Shown here: in pieces, positions 11,480-22,547 of the stretch | How the letters are laid out: the number at the start of each line of letters is the position of its first letter | Position numbering within the stretch: the stretch's first letter is position 1 | DNA from: Terriglobia bacterium | Lineage (GTDB): Bacteria; Acidobacteriota; Terriglobia; 20CM-2-55-15 | DNA length: 64,000 bases | Assembly: GCA_965198225.1 (NCBI GenBank) | Contig: CBDAOY010000008.1 | Span: 1,056,001 to 1,120,000, forward strand | Reading direction: 5' to 3' | The notes under the pieces: model-generated | What the model saw: the letters and a program-made list of their open reading frames with translations, nothing else | What the model was told of the DNA's origin: nothing | Databases searched by the model: none | Translations under genes and position numbers: made by a program

Positions 11480-11889
11480 GCGTCTTGGTTCGCCAGCTCG
11501 CTGTCGTAAGCCGCCCATGCGATGTGGGATTCGTGCAGGGTCACGCGCATCGAGGTCAGCCCTCGCGCACCGTCACCGAGTTCGCCTCTCCGAATCCGTT
11601 CCTCCAAGCGATCAAAAACGATGCGGGCCAGAAACTCTGTCGTCGTGTTTCGACCGGTGAATGCCGGCTCCTCGTCGAGGTTGCGGTACTTGAGTTCCGA
11701 AAGCACGGAGCCGAGCGCCTGGTCGGCCAGACCGATGTCGACCACGACGTTGTCTTCGTCAAGCTCCGGTCTGCGCAATTCGACGTCGACCACATACGTC
11801 GCGCCGTGAAGGCTCTGAGCGGGACCGAACACGTCGCCGTCTAAGCTGTGCGCGATCATGAAGTGATCGCGAACGCAGATGCTATACAT
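11476..11889 (-). CDS. COG0720 6-pyruvoyl-tetrahydropterin synthase-like protein (PTPS-IV/SCO6650 type)
   Basis: HFMIAHS...[26 protein letters not shown]; lacks the QueD CxxxHGH motif. Confidence 0.85.
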   Translation of the reverse strand: MYSICVRDHFMIAHSLDGDVFGPAQSLHGATYVVDVELRRPELDEDNVVVDIGLADQALGSVLSELKYRNLDEEPAFTGRNTTTEFLARIVFDRLEERIRRGELGDGARGLTSMRVTLHESHIAWAAYDSELANQDA

Positions 11890-11978
11890 GAGAGTCCTCT
11901 CTGCCACAAGCTGAATACTGATCGCCGACCGCACGCCTGACTCCCAGAATCCAACAGCAGACTACGCACACTTGTCGA

Positions 11979-12968
11979 TCAAGCGTCTTTGTAAACGATC
12001 CGATGGCACAACGTGCGGCCGGGTGTCGTCGCGAGCGTTTGCATGAGTGTCGGCAGGTCGTCGAAATCGCTTTGACCGGTGATCAGGGCGTCCAGCCCGG
12101 AATCGCCGAGCAACCCGAGAACGAGTTCCATACGGCGCTTCGGGGTCCAACGGGCCCTCTGCGCAGGGGCGATCGTGCCGACTTGCGATGCGCGCAGACT
12201 CAGGCGCCGACTGTGGAAAGCCTCTCCCAGGACAACCGCTGGCCGACGCTCACCGTACCAGCTCAACTCGATGATCTTCGCCTCGAAACCGGCAAGACGC
12301 AAGGCGGTGGACAGGCCCTCCTCGGTCGCGCTGGTGTGAAAGACCAGGTCGGCTTCGGCAGTTGCGTGCTCGGGTAATTGAAAACCGACGCCTAACGCGG
12401 CTGCGACGGGTGCTCTGCTGGGGTCGATGTCGATCAGTTCGACACTGCAGCCCGGAATCCTGGCTGCCAACCATGAGACCAGACAACCCAGCGCCCCGGC
12501 ACCGACGACCGCAACCCGATCACCGACTCTCGGAGACGCATCCCACAAGCCGTTGACCGCGCTTTCCAGGTTGGCAGCCAGTACCGCGCGCTCGGGAGGC
12601 ACATCGTCCGGCAGTGGATACACGTCTTCGGTCGGAACGACGTAGCGAGTCTGATGGGGATAGAGGCAGAAAACGACGCGGCCCTGCAGTCCGGACGGTC
12701 CCTGTTCCACGTGACCGACATTGATATAACCGTACTTGACCGGCGCAGGAAAGTCGCCCGCCTGAAACGGCGCACGCATCCGTTCGAACTCGCTTGCCGG
12801 AACGGCGCCATTGAAGACCAGGACTTCGGTGCCACGACTGATGCCGCTGTAGAGCGTCCGGACCAGAACTTGCCCTTCGCCACGCTCCGGCAGGGGTTCG
12901 GTGCGAATTTCTCCTCGGCCCGGGCCGACGACCCAAAAGGAGCGCGCATCATCGCTGGTGTTGGACAC
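11979..12968 (-). CDS. zinc-binding MDR-family alcohol dehydrogenase-like protein
   Basis: SGISRGTE, VVGAGALG Rossmann motif, ELSWYG, FHSRRL. Confidence 0.85.
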   Translation of the reverse strand: MSNTSDDARSFWVVGPGRGEIRTEPLPERGEGQVLVRTLYSGISRGTEVLVFNGAVPASEFERMRAPFQAGDFPAPVKYGYINVGHVEQGPSGLQGRVVFCLYPHQTRYVVPTEDVYPLPDDVPPERAVLAANLESAVNGLWDASPRVGDRVAVVGAGALGCLVSWLAARIPGCSVELIDIDPSRAPVAAALGVGFQLPEHATAEADLVFHTSATEEGLSTALRLAGFEAKIIELSWYGERRPAVVLGEAFHSRRLSLRASQVGTIAPAQRARWTPKRRMELVLGLLGDSGLDALITGQSDFDDLPTLMQTLATTPGRTLCHRIVYKDA

Positions 12969-13246
12969 TACGTTGTTCCCCCCGGAAAGCCGGTACTTAC
13001 TGCGCGAAACCGAAGATGCAGGTATTCTTCGAAACCTGGACTTCGAGAGCTCTCGAAAGGTACGCGCTGTAGAGGCCCAGGTACAGGGCTTCTACACTAT
13101 ACAAAGGGCGGGAGTTCTTCCGAAATTCGAAATTGCTGATTCCAGACTGGAAATCTGGTCAAATTCAAGGGAACAGAGATCTGAAATGTCGAAGCGTCGA
13201 TCTCGAATTTCTACTACGGAGCCACCAATAGCACTCTTCCTCGCTC

Positions 13247-13990
13247 ATGTCGATCTTCGCTAACAGGGTTCATCCGCGATCCGCTGTATCGGAAAGCATT
13301 CGGTGGAGTGTGGTCGTGGCGTTCATCGCGACAACGGCCCTCGCCTGGGTCGTGCAGTGGTCCCTCGGACTGAGCCGACTCTTCCCTCTCAAGGCGATGC
13401 TGATCTTCGGCTTCGGCGCAACCCTGCTCGTCGCACTCGCCGAGAAGCACCTGGCGTCGGATTCGTTCGGGCGGGCGAACCGTGTCACGTTGGCACGGGG
13501 CACGATGACGGCCCTGTTGCTTGCTCTGATCGGTGAGGGTGCGATCTCCGCGAGCGCCTGGTTTGCAGTGATCGTCGCTTCGCTTGTCGTGGCTCTGGAC
13601 GGAATCGATGGTTGGATTGCACGCAATCGGGGTAATACGAGCGATTTTGGGGCACGTTTCGACATGGAGACCGACACTTTACTGATCTTCGGAACCGCCG
13701 CACTGGCGTGGCAGCACGGCAAAGCCGGACCCTGGATTCTCGCGGCCGGACTGATGCGTTACGCGTTCGTGGCTTCGAGTTATCTGTTGCCGTGGATGAG
13801 CCGCACGTTGCCGAGCAGTCGACGGCGTCAGACGATCTGCGTCGTCGGGGCGCTATCGTTGACTGCCAGCCTCGCGCCGCCACTGTTACCGCCCATCAGC
13901 GATGTCGTCGCACTGGCAGGGCTCGCGCTATTGAGCAGCTCGTTCGCGATCGATGTCGCCTGGCTCGCGCGCAGCGCCCGCCGACCGTGA
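13247..13990 (+). CDS. CDP-alcohol phosphatidyltransferase family protein
   Basis: ANRVTLAR and DGIDGWIAR...SDFGARFDMETD signature; multiple TM segments. Confidence 0.9.
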   Translation: MSIFANRVHPRSAVSESIRWSVVVAFIATTALAWVVQWSLGLSRLFPLKAMLIFGFGATLLVALAEKHLASDSFGRANRVTLARGTMTALLLALIGEGAISASAWFAVIVASLVVALDGIDGWIARNRGNTSDFGARFDMETDTLLIFGTAALAWQHGKAGPWILAAGLMRYAFVASSYLLPWMSRTLPSSRRRQTICVVGALSLTASLAPPLLPPISDVVALAGLALLSSSFAIDVAWLARSARRP

Positions 13991-14064
13991 ACGGACTAGC
14001 GTCGGACTCGAATCTTCGTTAGTTCCGTCGACGGCTAGCTTAGCTAACTTAGCTCAAGAAGAAG

Positions 14065-14158
14065 GCCACGGATTTCACAGATTACACGGAGAGGAGAAGC
14101 CTGTGGTCTGCCCTCAGAAAGACCACTTCTAGTCCGCTAAATCCGTGCAATCCGTGGC
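14065..14158. repeat. palindromic intergenic repeat with ~9-bp periodicity
   Basis: GCCACGGATT(tcacagatt acacgga)...AATCCGTGGC between convergent genes. Confidence 0.6.
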
Positions 14159-14177
14159 TGGATCCTGTCCCCAATCT

Positions 14178-14765
14178 CTAGCCTAGAGCGATCACCTCAC
14201 AATTGTTCACAGGGGGAAGCCGCAGCTCGTCTTCCCAGGACTTTCCATAGAAACTGGCCCTCATCATCTTGATCACTTCGTTGTGGGCGACGATCAGAAC
14301 ATTCTGGCTAACGTGTCGATCCTGGATCCTCCTGAGAGCGTGTCCCGCCCGCGCCCGGAGACGCGTGTACTCTTCCACGCCCGGTGAATCGATCACATAC
14401 CGAAAGTCGTTCAGCACGACTATGTCACTGGCATACTTGGGGATGTCAGCCGGCGATCTCCCCGTCAACACTCCATAGTCCCGCTCGATGAGGTCCGACT
14501 CGACATGATGTTCTGCAATGCCCAGCGTCTCGGAGATTATTGAGGCCGTCTGTCTCGCTCGCTGAAGCGGCGACATGTAAACGCAGCTGATCGCCTCAGG
14601 CCGAAGCTGTTCGGCTACGGCCAGCGCCTGAGTTCTGCCAAGTTCCGTAAGTGGAGTATCGCGTCTGCCGTTGATGAGGGAACGCGAATTGTCCAGATCC
14701 TGGCCATGACGAACAAGAAGGAGCCTGGTTAGGTTTTGCTTTTCTGAAGTCACCTGTTGGACCAC
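14178..14765 (-). CDS. histidine phosphatase (phosphoglycerate mutase) family protein
   Basis: LVRHG, SPLQRARQTA, LIVAH. Confidence 0.9.
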   Translation of the reverse strand: MVQQVTSEKQNLTRLLLVRHGQDLDNSRSLINGRRDTPLTELGRTQALAVAEQLRPEAISCVYMSPLQRARQTASIISETLGIAEHHVESDLIERDYGVLTGRSPADIPKYASDIVVLNDFRYVIDSPGVEEYTRLRARAGHALRRIQDRHVSQNVLIVAHNEVIKMMRASFYGKSWEDELRLPPVNNCEVIALG

Positions 14766-15062
14766 GGAATGGCTATCCCCGCGGCGCCGCGAAAAACAGA
14801 GGGCCCCGGCAGGAGGTACTCAATGTAAAGCCGTGTGCTTACGGAGAACAACCGCTCACCCCGGGGATGCCCCTGCCGGAAAGCGGCTTCGACACGGAAC
14901 AATTGACGGGGGTGCGTGTTTGTGTTTAGCTCTGACGCGGGTGAGGGGCCCTTCTCCAAGTTTCTCGCGAACGAATTCATGGCGTCGGTGGCATCCACGC
15001 CATTGTACGTGAGCGCTGAGGGCTCGAACCGCGATTTCGAGATTGGCTATTGTCCGTCGGAG

Positions 15063-16589
15063 ATGGAAATGGAGCTTGGAACAGCCACGGGGGACGCGAT
15101 TCACCGATCAGGCTCGGCTCGTCTTCCGACAGCCTTCGGTGAATTTACGGTTACCGCGTACCGGGACCAGGAACGCAAGGAGCACCTGGCGGTCCGAATG
15201 GGGGAGTTGAGCGGCCCGCCGTCACTGGTTCGTATCCACTCCGAGTGCTTGACCGGCGACGTGTTCGGCTCCGTGCGCTGTGACTGCGGGGAACAGCTAC
15301 AGGCTGCGCTGCACTACATATCCGAAGAAGGCCGTGGTCTGCTCCTGTACCTGAGGCAGGAGGGGCGCGGAATCGGACTCAACAACAAGATCCGTGCCTA
15401 CGCCTTGCAGGACCAGGGGATGGACACGGTTGAGGCGAACCTTCACCTGGGATTCCCCGCCGACGTGCGAAGCTACACGCACGCTGCCGCGATGATCAAG
15501 GATTTGGGAGTCCACTCCGTTCGACTCGCGACCAACAACCCCGAGAAGGTGAAAGCGCTGGAGGCCTGCGGCATCCATGTCGTCGAACGGGTGCGATACC
15601 AGATCCCTCCGCGCCCGGAAAACTACGCTTACCTACAGACGAAAGCCTCCAAAATGGGCCACCTCTTGAATCCACTGCCGGAGGTCGAACGCCTCTCGGT
15701 CGACGAAAGTTTCACGGACCCCGCTGCTCGGACCACGCTCATTGAAACCTCCCTGGAGCGGGACGACGGTGTATTGTCCCGATTGCGCGACAACCTCCGG
15801 CAAGCCGGAGAGCGTCGAGGGCGGGAGGCAGTGCCGTCGGTGACATTGAGTTACGCCCAGAGCCTGGATGGGTCAATCGCGGCTGAGCCGGGCAAACCGC
15901 TCCAGCTCAGTAACGCCGAATCGCAGGCCCTGACCCATCGGCTTCGTTCGGTGCACGATGGGGTCCTGGTCGGGATCAACACCCTTTTGTCGGACGATCC
16001 GCGCCTGACGGTTCGCCTCGTGGCGGGAAAGAACCCCCAACCGGTCGTCGTGGACTCCCTCCTGCGCTCTCCCGTGGGGGCCAGGCTTCTGCGCGCTCCG
16101 TGCGTGCCGCCGATCATTGCGACCACAGAACGCTCGAGCGCCGTACGGGAAAAACAGCTTCTGGCGGCCGGGGCCCACGTCGTCCGCCTGCCGTCACAGC
16201 CTGACGGGAGGGTCGATCTCCATATGTTGCTGCGGCATCTGTATGAGCTGGGTATCCGCTCGCTGATGGTCGAGGGGGGAGCGGGAGTCATCACCGACTT
16301 CCTGGCGCGTCAGTTAGTCGACCAGATGGTCATCACAATTGCCCCACAGTTCGTCGGCGGCCTGTCGGCTGTCAAACCCTCGTTGCCGAAGACTGTGGGG
16401 AGCGGCACATTGACCAACGTCCAGTACGAGTCGTTCGCGGGCGACCTCGTGGTCTATGCGGAGGTTGAACGGCCTGCCTCCAGTTCGACGTCGACTTTCC
16501 GGACGGGACGCCAGCCCTCCGCCCCGACTTCTTCCTCGCTCACCGATGGGCCGCTCGGCCACGGACCGGCCCGGCCGAAGGCTGGCTGA
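15063..16589 (+). CDS. ribA: GTP cyclohydrolase II fused to RibD C-terminal (pyrimidine) reductase domain
   Basis: [33 protein letters not shown]; then [31 protein letters not shown]; start uncertain (14916-15069). Confidence 0.88.
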   Translation: MEMELGTATGDAIHRSGSARLPTAFGEFTVTAYRDQERKEHLAVRMGELSGPPSLVRIHSECLTGDVFGSVRCDCGEQLQAALHYISEEGRGLLLYLRQEGRGIGLNNKIRAYALQDQGMDTVEANLHLGFPADVRSYTHAAAMIKDLGVHSVRLATNNPEKVKALEACGIHVVERVRYQIPPRPENYAYLQTKASKMGHLLNPLPEVERLSVDESFTDPAARTTLIETSLERDDGVLSRLRDNLRQAGERRGREAVPSVTLSYAQSLDGSIAAEPGKPLQLSNAESQALTHRLRSVHDGVLVGINTLLSDDPRLTVRLVAGKNPQPVVVDSLLRSPVGARLLRAPCVPPIIATTERSSAVREKQLLAAGAHVVRLPSQPDGRVDLHMLLRHLYELGIRSLMVEGGAGVITDFLARQLVDQMVITIAPQFVGGLSAVKPSLPKTVGSGTLTNVQYESFAGDLVVYAEVERPASSSTSTFRTGRQPSAPTSSSLTDGPLGHGPARPKAG

Positions 16590-16890
16590 AGCACCGCCGC
16601 TTGAGGAATTCCACATCTGCCGACCTGGGCAATCATACGCCACAGAGCTGCGGCCGCCTTCCGGTTCTCGGTTTTCATCATCTATGGGTGCAACGGCCCC
16701 ATGACGAATCCAACATTTACGGAACAACTCTGCCCCTAAACCGAACCTGCAACGCGGGAATGGCAGGCGGTCAAAACCTTGTTGCCATCATGGACCAGAC
16801 GTGGTACAGCAAACCGATATACAGCGGGTAGACAAGTTGGTCCGTCAGCATAAGAGCTAAGTGGCGAGGCGGCGGAGGACGAGGTTCAGA

Positions 16891-19473
16891 ATGATGCGAC
16901 ACAAGTTTTCTGTCCTGAGCGGCGCGGTTGTGGTTCTGTTCCTGGCAGGCGACATCAGTCTGGCACGACGCCCGACTCCGACGGCAGCGGCACTGGATCC
17001 CGTCGAGTTCGGCCCCCAGGCCTTCGCTCCGGTCCCCGAGCAGGCGCAAGTCTACAGCGAGGGAACGGTCGCCGATTTGATGCCGTTGGCCGACCAGCGG
17101 GCGCTCATATCGGAACACTGTTCCGATTGCCACAACGACGCCGAGATGGTTGGAGGCATGACGCTGACCAGTTTGGATCTGACGCAGGTCGATCAAAGCG
17201 CCGAACTCTCTGAAAAAGTCATCAAGAAGCTGAAAACCGGCTTGATGCCCCCCGCCACTTACCCATTTCGGCCGGATCGGGAAACCGCCATGACCTTCGT
17301 CGGAACGCTGGAGGCCCAGCTCGACCGGGCCGCGGCACTTCGTCCGAATCCCGGAGGCCGACTGTTCCAGCGACTGACCCGGGACGAGTACGCCCGCTCG
17401 ATCCGCGAGTTGCTCGGGATCGGAGTCGATGTCGAGAAATACCTCCCTCCCGATACCGTCAGTGAGGGCCTGGACAACATGGCGGACTCGCAGAGGTTCT
17501 CGGCATCGCTGATGGAGGGGTACGTCCGGGCCGCTGCCCAGATCACACTCGAGGCTTTGGGCGATCCTCAGGCAGATGCGGCATCGTCGGTTTACAAACT
17601 CAACCGGACCGGGGCGCAACTGCGCCACGTTCCAGGAGCTCCCTTCGGGACGCGCGGCGGACTCTCCGTAGTCTTCAACTTCCCCGCGGATGGTGAGTAC
17701 AACTTCAGATCGCTGATGCACGGAGACACGGAGGGCACCCTTTTCGGAACTGTTTCAGACGAGCAACTCGAGGTCTCGATCGACGGAGAACGGGTGGCCT
17801 TGATGGACGTCAAGTACGAGGACCTGACCGAGGGCGCCGAAACGGGCCTCAACCTGACGACCGGGCTCGTCTTCGTGAGGGCGGGACCCCACCGTGTCTC
17901 GTCCGCTTTCCTGCAGAAACACACCGAGGTTATCGACGACGTCATCGGGGAGATCGAGCACACCCTGGCCAGCATCGACATCGGAGATGATCGGGAAAAG
18001 ACAACCTATCCGCACCTGCGGGAATTTGAAGTCACCGGCCCTTTCAACGTGACAGGCGTCTCGGACACTCCGGTCCGCCGCAGGGTTTTCACTTGCCGTC
18101 CGCTCGATCCTGGCGAGGAAATGCCCTGTGCGACAGAGATTGTCAGCGACCTGGCGCGGCAAGCCTATCGGAGACCCGTGAATGACGAGGACCTGGAGGG
18201 TCTGATGACCTTCTACGGGCAGGGCCGCGATGAAGGCGACTTCGAATCGGGGATCCGCTTGGCCCTGCAGGCACTCCTCACCAGTCCCGAGTTCCTGTTC
18301 AAACTGGAGCCTCCGCCTCCCACCGCCGAGGCCGGCCGGAGTTATCGGATCAGTGACCTGGCGCTGGCTTCCCGTTTGTCGTACTTTCTTTGGGGAACCC
18401 CGCCTGACGACCAGCTGATCACGACGGCGAACCGGGGAGACCTGAAGGATCCCGCGTCGCTGGAAGTACAGGTGCGGCGGATGTTGAGGGACCCGCGATC
18501 AGAGTGGCTGTCGACGAAATTTGCCGGTCAGTGGTTACTGCTGCCGGACCTCTTGAACTTCCGCCCGGATCCTTTCTACTATCCGCAGTTCGATCACGGC
18601 CTCGCACTGTCCATGCTGCGCGAGGTGGAGTTGTTTTTCGACAGCATCGTCCGCGATGACCTCAACGTACTGGACCTTCTTACGGCAAGCCACACGTTCC
18701 TCGATGAGCGTCTGGCGCTGCATTACGGGGTCGAGGGAGTCCGGGGCGGGCAATTCCGTCGTGTGGAGCTCGACGAAGACTATCGGCGCGGGCTGCTGGG
18801 CAAAGGCGGGATTCTGGCACTGACGTCGGTTGCCGACAGGACTTCTGCCGTGATGCGTGGTAAATGGGTCATGAGTGTGTTGCTCGGCACGCCACCGCCG
18901 CCTCCACCACCCGTTGTACCAAAGCTCGAGGAAACGGCCGCGGTCACTTCCGGCAAGCTTCTGACAGTGCGGGAGCGTCTGGAGACCCACCGGGAAAATC
19001 CCGCTTGCAACTCTTGCCACTCCATGATCGACCCGATCGGCCTGGCGCTTGAAAATTTTGACGTCACTGGTGAATGGCGAACCTGGGACAAAACGTATGC
19101 CATCAGCTCCGCTGGCGTCCGCATTCATACGGCCGGCATACCCGTCGACGCCACGACAACGATGTATGACGGAACTCCCTTAGACGGCCCCGCGAGTCTC
19201 CGGCAAGGCATACTCGGATACTCCGGAGCGTTTATCTCAACGCTGACCGAGAAACTTCTGGCCTTTGCAATCGGTCGGAGGGTCGAGTATTTCGATATGC
19301 CGACGGTTCGCGCGATCATCAGGGACGCCGCTGATGATGACAACCGTTTCTCCGGCTTGATTCTGGGTATCGTAAACAGCCAGGCGTTTCAGATGAACAA
19401 ATCGGCATCAGAAGAGACCGAACCGGCCGGCACCGCCGGCAAGGCTGAACCGGTTGGCCGGAACCGAGAGTAG
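16891..19473 (+). CDS. DUF1592/DUF1588-type c-type cytochrome domain protein
   Basis: CSDCH and CNSCH heme motifs, RLTRDEY, LASRLSYFLW, RGKWV, DPIGLALENFD. Confidence 0.85.
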   Translation: MMRHKFSVLSGAVVVLFLAGDISLARRPTPTAAALDPVEFGPQAFAPVPEQAQVYSEGTVADLMPLADQRALISEHCSDCHNDAEMVGGMTLTSLDLTQVDQSAELSEKVIKKLKTGLMPPATYPFRPDRETAMTFVGTLEAQLDRAAALRPNPGGRLFQRLTRDEYARSIRELLGIGVDVEKYLPPDTVSEGLDNMADSQRFSASLMEGYVRAAAQITLEALGDPQADAASSVYKLNRTGAQLRHVPGAPFGTRGGLSVVFNFPADGEYNFRSLMHGDTEGTLFGTVSDEQLEVSIDGERVALMDVKYEDLTEGAETGLNLTTGLVFVRAGPHRVSSAFLQKHTEVIDDVIGEIEHTLASIDIGDDREKTTYPHLREFEVTGPFNVTGVSDTPVRRRVFTCRPLDPGEEMPCATEIVSDLARQAYRRPVNDEDLEGLMTFYGQGRDEGDFESGIRLALQALLTSPEFLFKLEPPPPTAEAGRSYRISDLALASRLSYFLWGTPPDDQLITTANRGDLKDPASLEVQVRRMLRDPRSEWLSTKFAGQWLLLPDLLNFRPDPFYYPQFDHGLALSMLREVELFFDSIVRDDLNVLDLLTASHTFLDERLALHYGVEGVRGGQFRRVELDEDYRRGLLGKGGILALTSVADRTSAVMRGKWVMSVLLGTPPPPPPPVVPKLEETAAVTSGKLLTVRERLETHRENPACNSCHSMIDPIGLALENFDVTGEWRTWDKTYAISSAGVRIHTAGIPVDATTTMYDGTPLDGPASLRQGILGYSGAFISTLTEKLLAFAIGRRVEYFDMPTVRAIIRDAADDDNRFSGLILGIVNSQAFQMNKSASEETEPAGTAGKAEPVGRNRE

Positions 19474-19493
19474 CCGTAATCACGGAGGTAGGG

Positions 19494-20870
19494 ATGTTCA
19501 TTACGAAAAAGCACATTTCCCGCCGTACGATGCTGCGCGGTATGGGCGCGACGGTGGCGTTGCCGTTCATGGAATCCATGCTGCCGGCGATGACATCGCG
19601 CCAGCGGAGGGAGGCAGAACCTTCGCTGCGGCTGGCTTGCCTGGAAATGGTGCATGGAGCTGCCGGGTGCACGCGGTACGGTCAAGAAACCAATCTCTGG
19701 TCGCCTGCCGAAGTGGGTCGCGACTTCGATCTCACAGGGAGCAGCCTGGAGCCACTCGATCCCTGGAAAGACGACCTCACGATCGTCAGCAACACCGATA
19801 TGCACGCGGCTGAAGCCTGGGAACCCCATGAGCTTGGTGGCGACCACTTCCGCTCGAGTGCCGTCTTCCTGACCCAGGCGCACCCGAGGCACACCCAGAG
19901 TTCGGATGTGCGCGCCGGAATATCGTTCGATCAACTCTATGCCCACAGGTTTGGCCAGGACACTCCGATGCCTTCGATTCAGCTTTCGATCGAAAGCGTC
20001 GATCAGGCGGGCGGATGCATGTACGGTTACTCGTGCGTCTACACCGACACGTTGAGCTGGGAAACGCCAACCAGGCCGCTTCCGATGGTCCGGGATCCCC
20101 GAATGGTCTTCGATCAGTTGTTTGGTGTGGGAGGCTCCGAGGAGAAGCGGGCACAGCGTCGACGGGCGGATCGCAGTATTCTGGATTGGGTCACGCGCAA
20201 GACGGCTGCACTGAAGGCAAGCCTGGGCTCGGGAGACCGTCGTCGGCTGGATGAATATCTCGAGAGTATCCGCGAAATTGAACGCCGGATAACGAGAATC
20301 GAGGAACAGAATGCCGGCGGCGACGTTCGAGATGCGCCGACAGCACCGATCGGGGTGCCCGACAGCTGGGACGAACATGTCAGGCTGATGTTCGATCTCC
20401 AGGTCCTGGCGTTCGTCGGCGACATTACCCGGATATCTTCGTTCAAGATGAGCCGCGACGTGAATGGCCGTGTTTTCTCCGAGGCCGGCGTGGACACCGG
20501 GTTCCACAGTGCGTCACACCACGGCGAAAACGAACAGCGTATCAAGCAGTTCGCGTCGATCAACAAGTACCACGTCAGCGTCCTGGCGTACTTCGTCGAT
20601 CGGTTGAAGAACACACAGGAAGGCGAGGAAACACTGCTGGATCAGACGCTGCTCCTCTACGGGTCTCCGATGGGAAACTCGAACCTGCACAACCACAAAC
20701 GAGTGCCGCTGATTCTGCTCGGCCATGCCGGTGGCGCGCTCGAGGGCGGGCTGCACGTCAAACCGCCGGATGAAACGCCATCGGCAAACCTGTATCTGAC
20801 CCTGTTGCACAGGATCGGGTTCGACGACCTTGCCGCCTTTGGCGACAGCACTGGAGAGATCACGATTTAG
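19494..20870 (+). CDS. DUF1552 domain protein (Tat-like signal)
   Basis: ISRRTMLRGMGATVALPFMESM, DRRRLDEYLESIREIERRI, HSASHH. Confidence 0.85.
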   Translation: MFITKKHISRRTMLRGMGATVALPFMESMLPAMTSRQRREAEPSLRLACLEMVHGAAGCTRYGQETNLWSPAEVGRDFDLTGSSLEPLDPWKDDLTIVSNTDMHAAEAWEPHELGGDHFRSSAVFLTQAHPRHTQSSDVRAGISFDQLYAHRFGQDTPMPSIQLSIESVDQAGGCMYGYSCVYTDTLSWETPTRPLPMVRDPRMVFDQLFGVGGSEEKRAQRRRADRSILDWVTRKTAALKASLGSGDRRRLDEYLESIREIERRITRIEEQNAGGDVRDAPTAPIGVPDSWDEHVRLMFDLQVLAFVGDITRISSFKMSRDVNGRVFSEAGVDTGFHSASHHGENEQRIKQFASINKYHVSVLAYFVDRLKNTQEGEETLLDQTLLLYGSPMGNSNLHNHKRVPLILLGHAGGALEGGLHVKPPDETPSANLYLTLLHRIGFDDLAAFGDSTGEITI

Positions 20871-20916
20871 GCGGCGAGGTTCGGACCGCTGGACAACCAT
20901 CGCCGGAGAAGAACCC

Positions 20917-22545
20917 ATGTCGAACAAGAAAGTGTTGCGAACCCTTGGTGCAAGCTTGCTGGGAGTCCTCTCGACCACCATCATCCTCTGGGGAGCTGCC
21001 GCGGATTCCAGGGTGGCCGATGCTGCCATGGAGCGCGACATTGAGACCGTGCGTTCCCTGATCAGCCAGGCCCTGGACGTGAACTCGGCGCAGGGTGATG
21101 GCATGACGGCGTTGCACTGGGCTGCGCTGAACGGCGACGCGGAAATGACGCAATTGCTGCTTTACGCCGGAGCCAATGTCCGAGCGACGACACGACTCGG
21201 CGGTTACACGCCGCTCTTGATGGCCTCTAAAGCCGGCTTTGCTCCCATCATCGATCTTTTGCTAAAGGCTGCGGCCGACCCGACCACGCCCGCGATGGGC
21301 GGCACAACTCCGCTCATGATGGCAGCCACTTCCGGCAACCCGGAGGCCGTCAAACTGCTCGTGGAAGCCGGGGCCGCCGTAAACGCGGCCGAGGCCGAGC
21401 GCGGACAGACACCGTTGGCTTTCGCGGCCGCCTTCAACCATTCGGAAGCAATCCAGTTCCTTTTGCAGAACGGGGCGGAGGTCGACAAGAAAGGTGAAAA
21501 GCGCAAGCCGGCCGTACGACCCAGCCGGCGTCGGCAGGGCCAACAACAGCGCCAACAGCAGGGCCAGCAGCAGGGTCAGCAGCAACAGCAAGGTCAGCAA
21601 CAGAGTCGGCAGCGAGATCCCACCGCGGCTGGAGGGAACCCCAGAGGTGAGTTGACGGCTTTGATGTACGCGGCTCGCGAGGGTCACATCGAGGCCGTAC
21701 GCGCCCTCATTGCAGGCGGGGCCAGACTGAACGAAGTCAGCGCGGACCATAGCACCGCCCTTCTCGTGGCAACCATCAACGGCAATTTCGGCGTCGCAGA
21801 GTTCCTGCTTGCGAAGGGTGCGGACGTTACCATTGCCAGTTTGGACGGAGCCACGCCTCTGTTTGGTGTGGTCAACATCCAGTGGGCGCCGAAGACGGAC
21901 ACGCCGCAACCCACTCTGAAGTACGAGGAAACCCATTATCTCGACTTGATGAAGCTCGTGCTGGAGAGCGGAGCGGATCCGAACGCCAGGACAAAGAAAG
22001 ATTTGTGGTATACCCGGAACAGAGAGGGCACCAGTTCGGCCGGGATAACCCCATTCTGGAGGTGTGCGTCAGTCGGGGACATCGACTGCATGCGCCTGCT
22101 GATCGCCTACGGTGCCGATCCAGACATCGCGAATACCGACGGAATCACGCCCTTGCTGATTGCAGCCGGCGCCGGCTTCCATGGCAACAACGAGTTGACC
22201 ACGCCGACCGGTCGCCTGGCCACTGTCAAGTATCTTGTTGAGAAGCTCCAGGCTGACGTGAACCGGACGGACACCGCTGAAGGCAGCGCCCGGAACGATA
22301 CGATGAACACCTCGCGCTTCGCGGGTGGCTTCGCCGCGCTTCACCACGCAGCGGCGCGCGGGGACAATGCCATGATCCTCTACCTCGTGTCCCGGGGTGC
22401 CAGCGTGCACGTCTCTGCCGGAAACGGCACAACGGTGGTCGACATGGCAAACGGCCCGAGGCAACGGATTCAGCCGTACCCGGACACCGTCGCTCTTCTG
22501 GAAATGCTGGGCTCCAAAAACAGTCACCGCTGCATTTCGTGTTGA
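20917..22545 (+). CDS. exported ankyrin-repeat protein with poly-Gln linker
   Basis: Repeated G-T-A/P-L-H/M-x-A-A units; signal peptide; Gln-rich tract at ~21532-21612. Confidence 0.88.
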   Translation: MSNKKVLRTLGASLLGVLSTTIILWGAAADSRVADAAMERDIETVRSLISQALDVNSAQGDGMTALHWAALNGDAEMTQLLLYAGANVRATTRLGGYTPLLMASKAGFAPIIDLLLKAAADPTTPAMGGTTPLMMAATSGNPEAVKLLVEAGAAVNAAEAERGQTPLAFAAAFNHSEAIQFLLQNGAEVDKKGEKRKPAVRPSRRRQGQQQRQQQGQQQGQQQQQGQQQSRQRDPTAAGGNPRGELTALMYAAREGHIEAVRALIAGGARLNEVSADHSTALLVATINGNFGVAEFLLAKGADVTIASLDGATPLFGVVNIQWAPKTDTPQPTLKYEETHYLDLMKLVLESGADPNARTKKDLWYTRNREGTSSAGITPFWRCASVGDIDCMRLLIAYGADPDIANTDGITPLLIAAGAGFHGNNELTTPTGRLATVKYLVEKLQADVNRTDTAEGSARNDTMNTSRFAGGFAALHHAAARGDNAMILYLVSRGASVHVSAGNGTTVVDMANGPRQRIQPYPDTVALLEMLGSKNSHRCISC

Positions 22546-22547
22546 GA

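Noticed and set aside
11476-11889. queD / queuosine pathway assignment
   Set aside because: Lacks the CxxxHGH motif and has no queC/queE/queF neighbours.
14770-15060. FMN riboswitch upstream of the ribA fusion
   Set aside because: No recognisable RFN consensus by eye; an Rfam scan would settle it.
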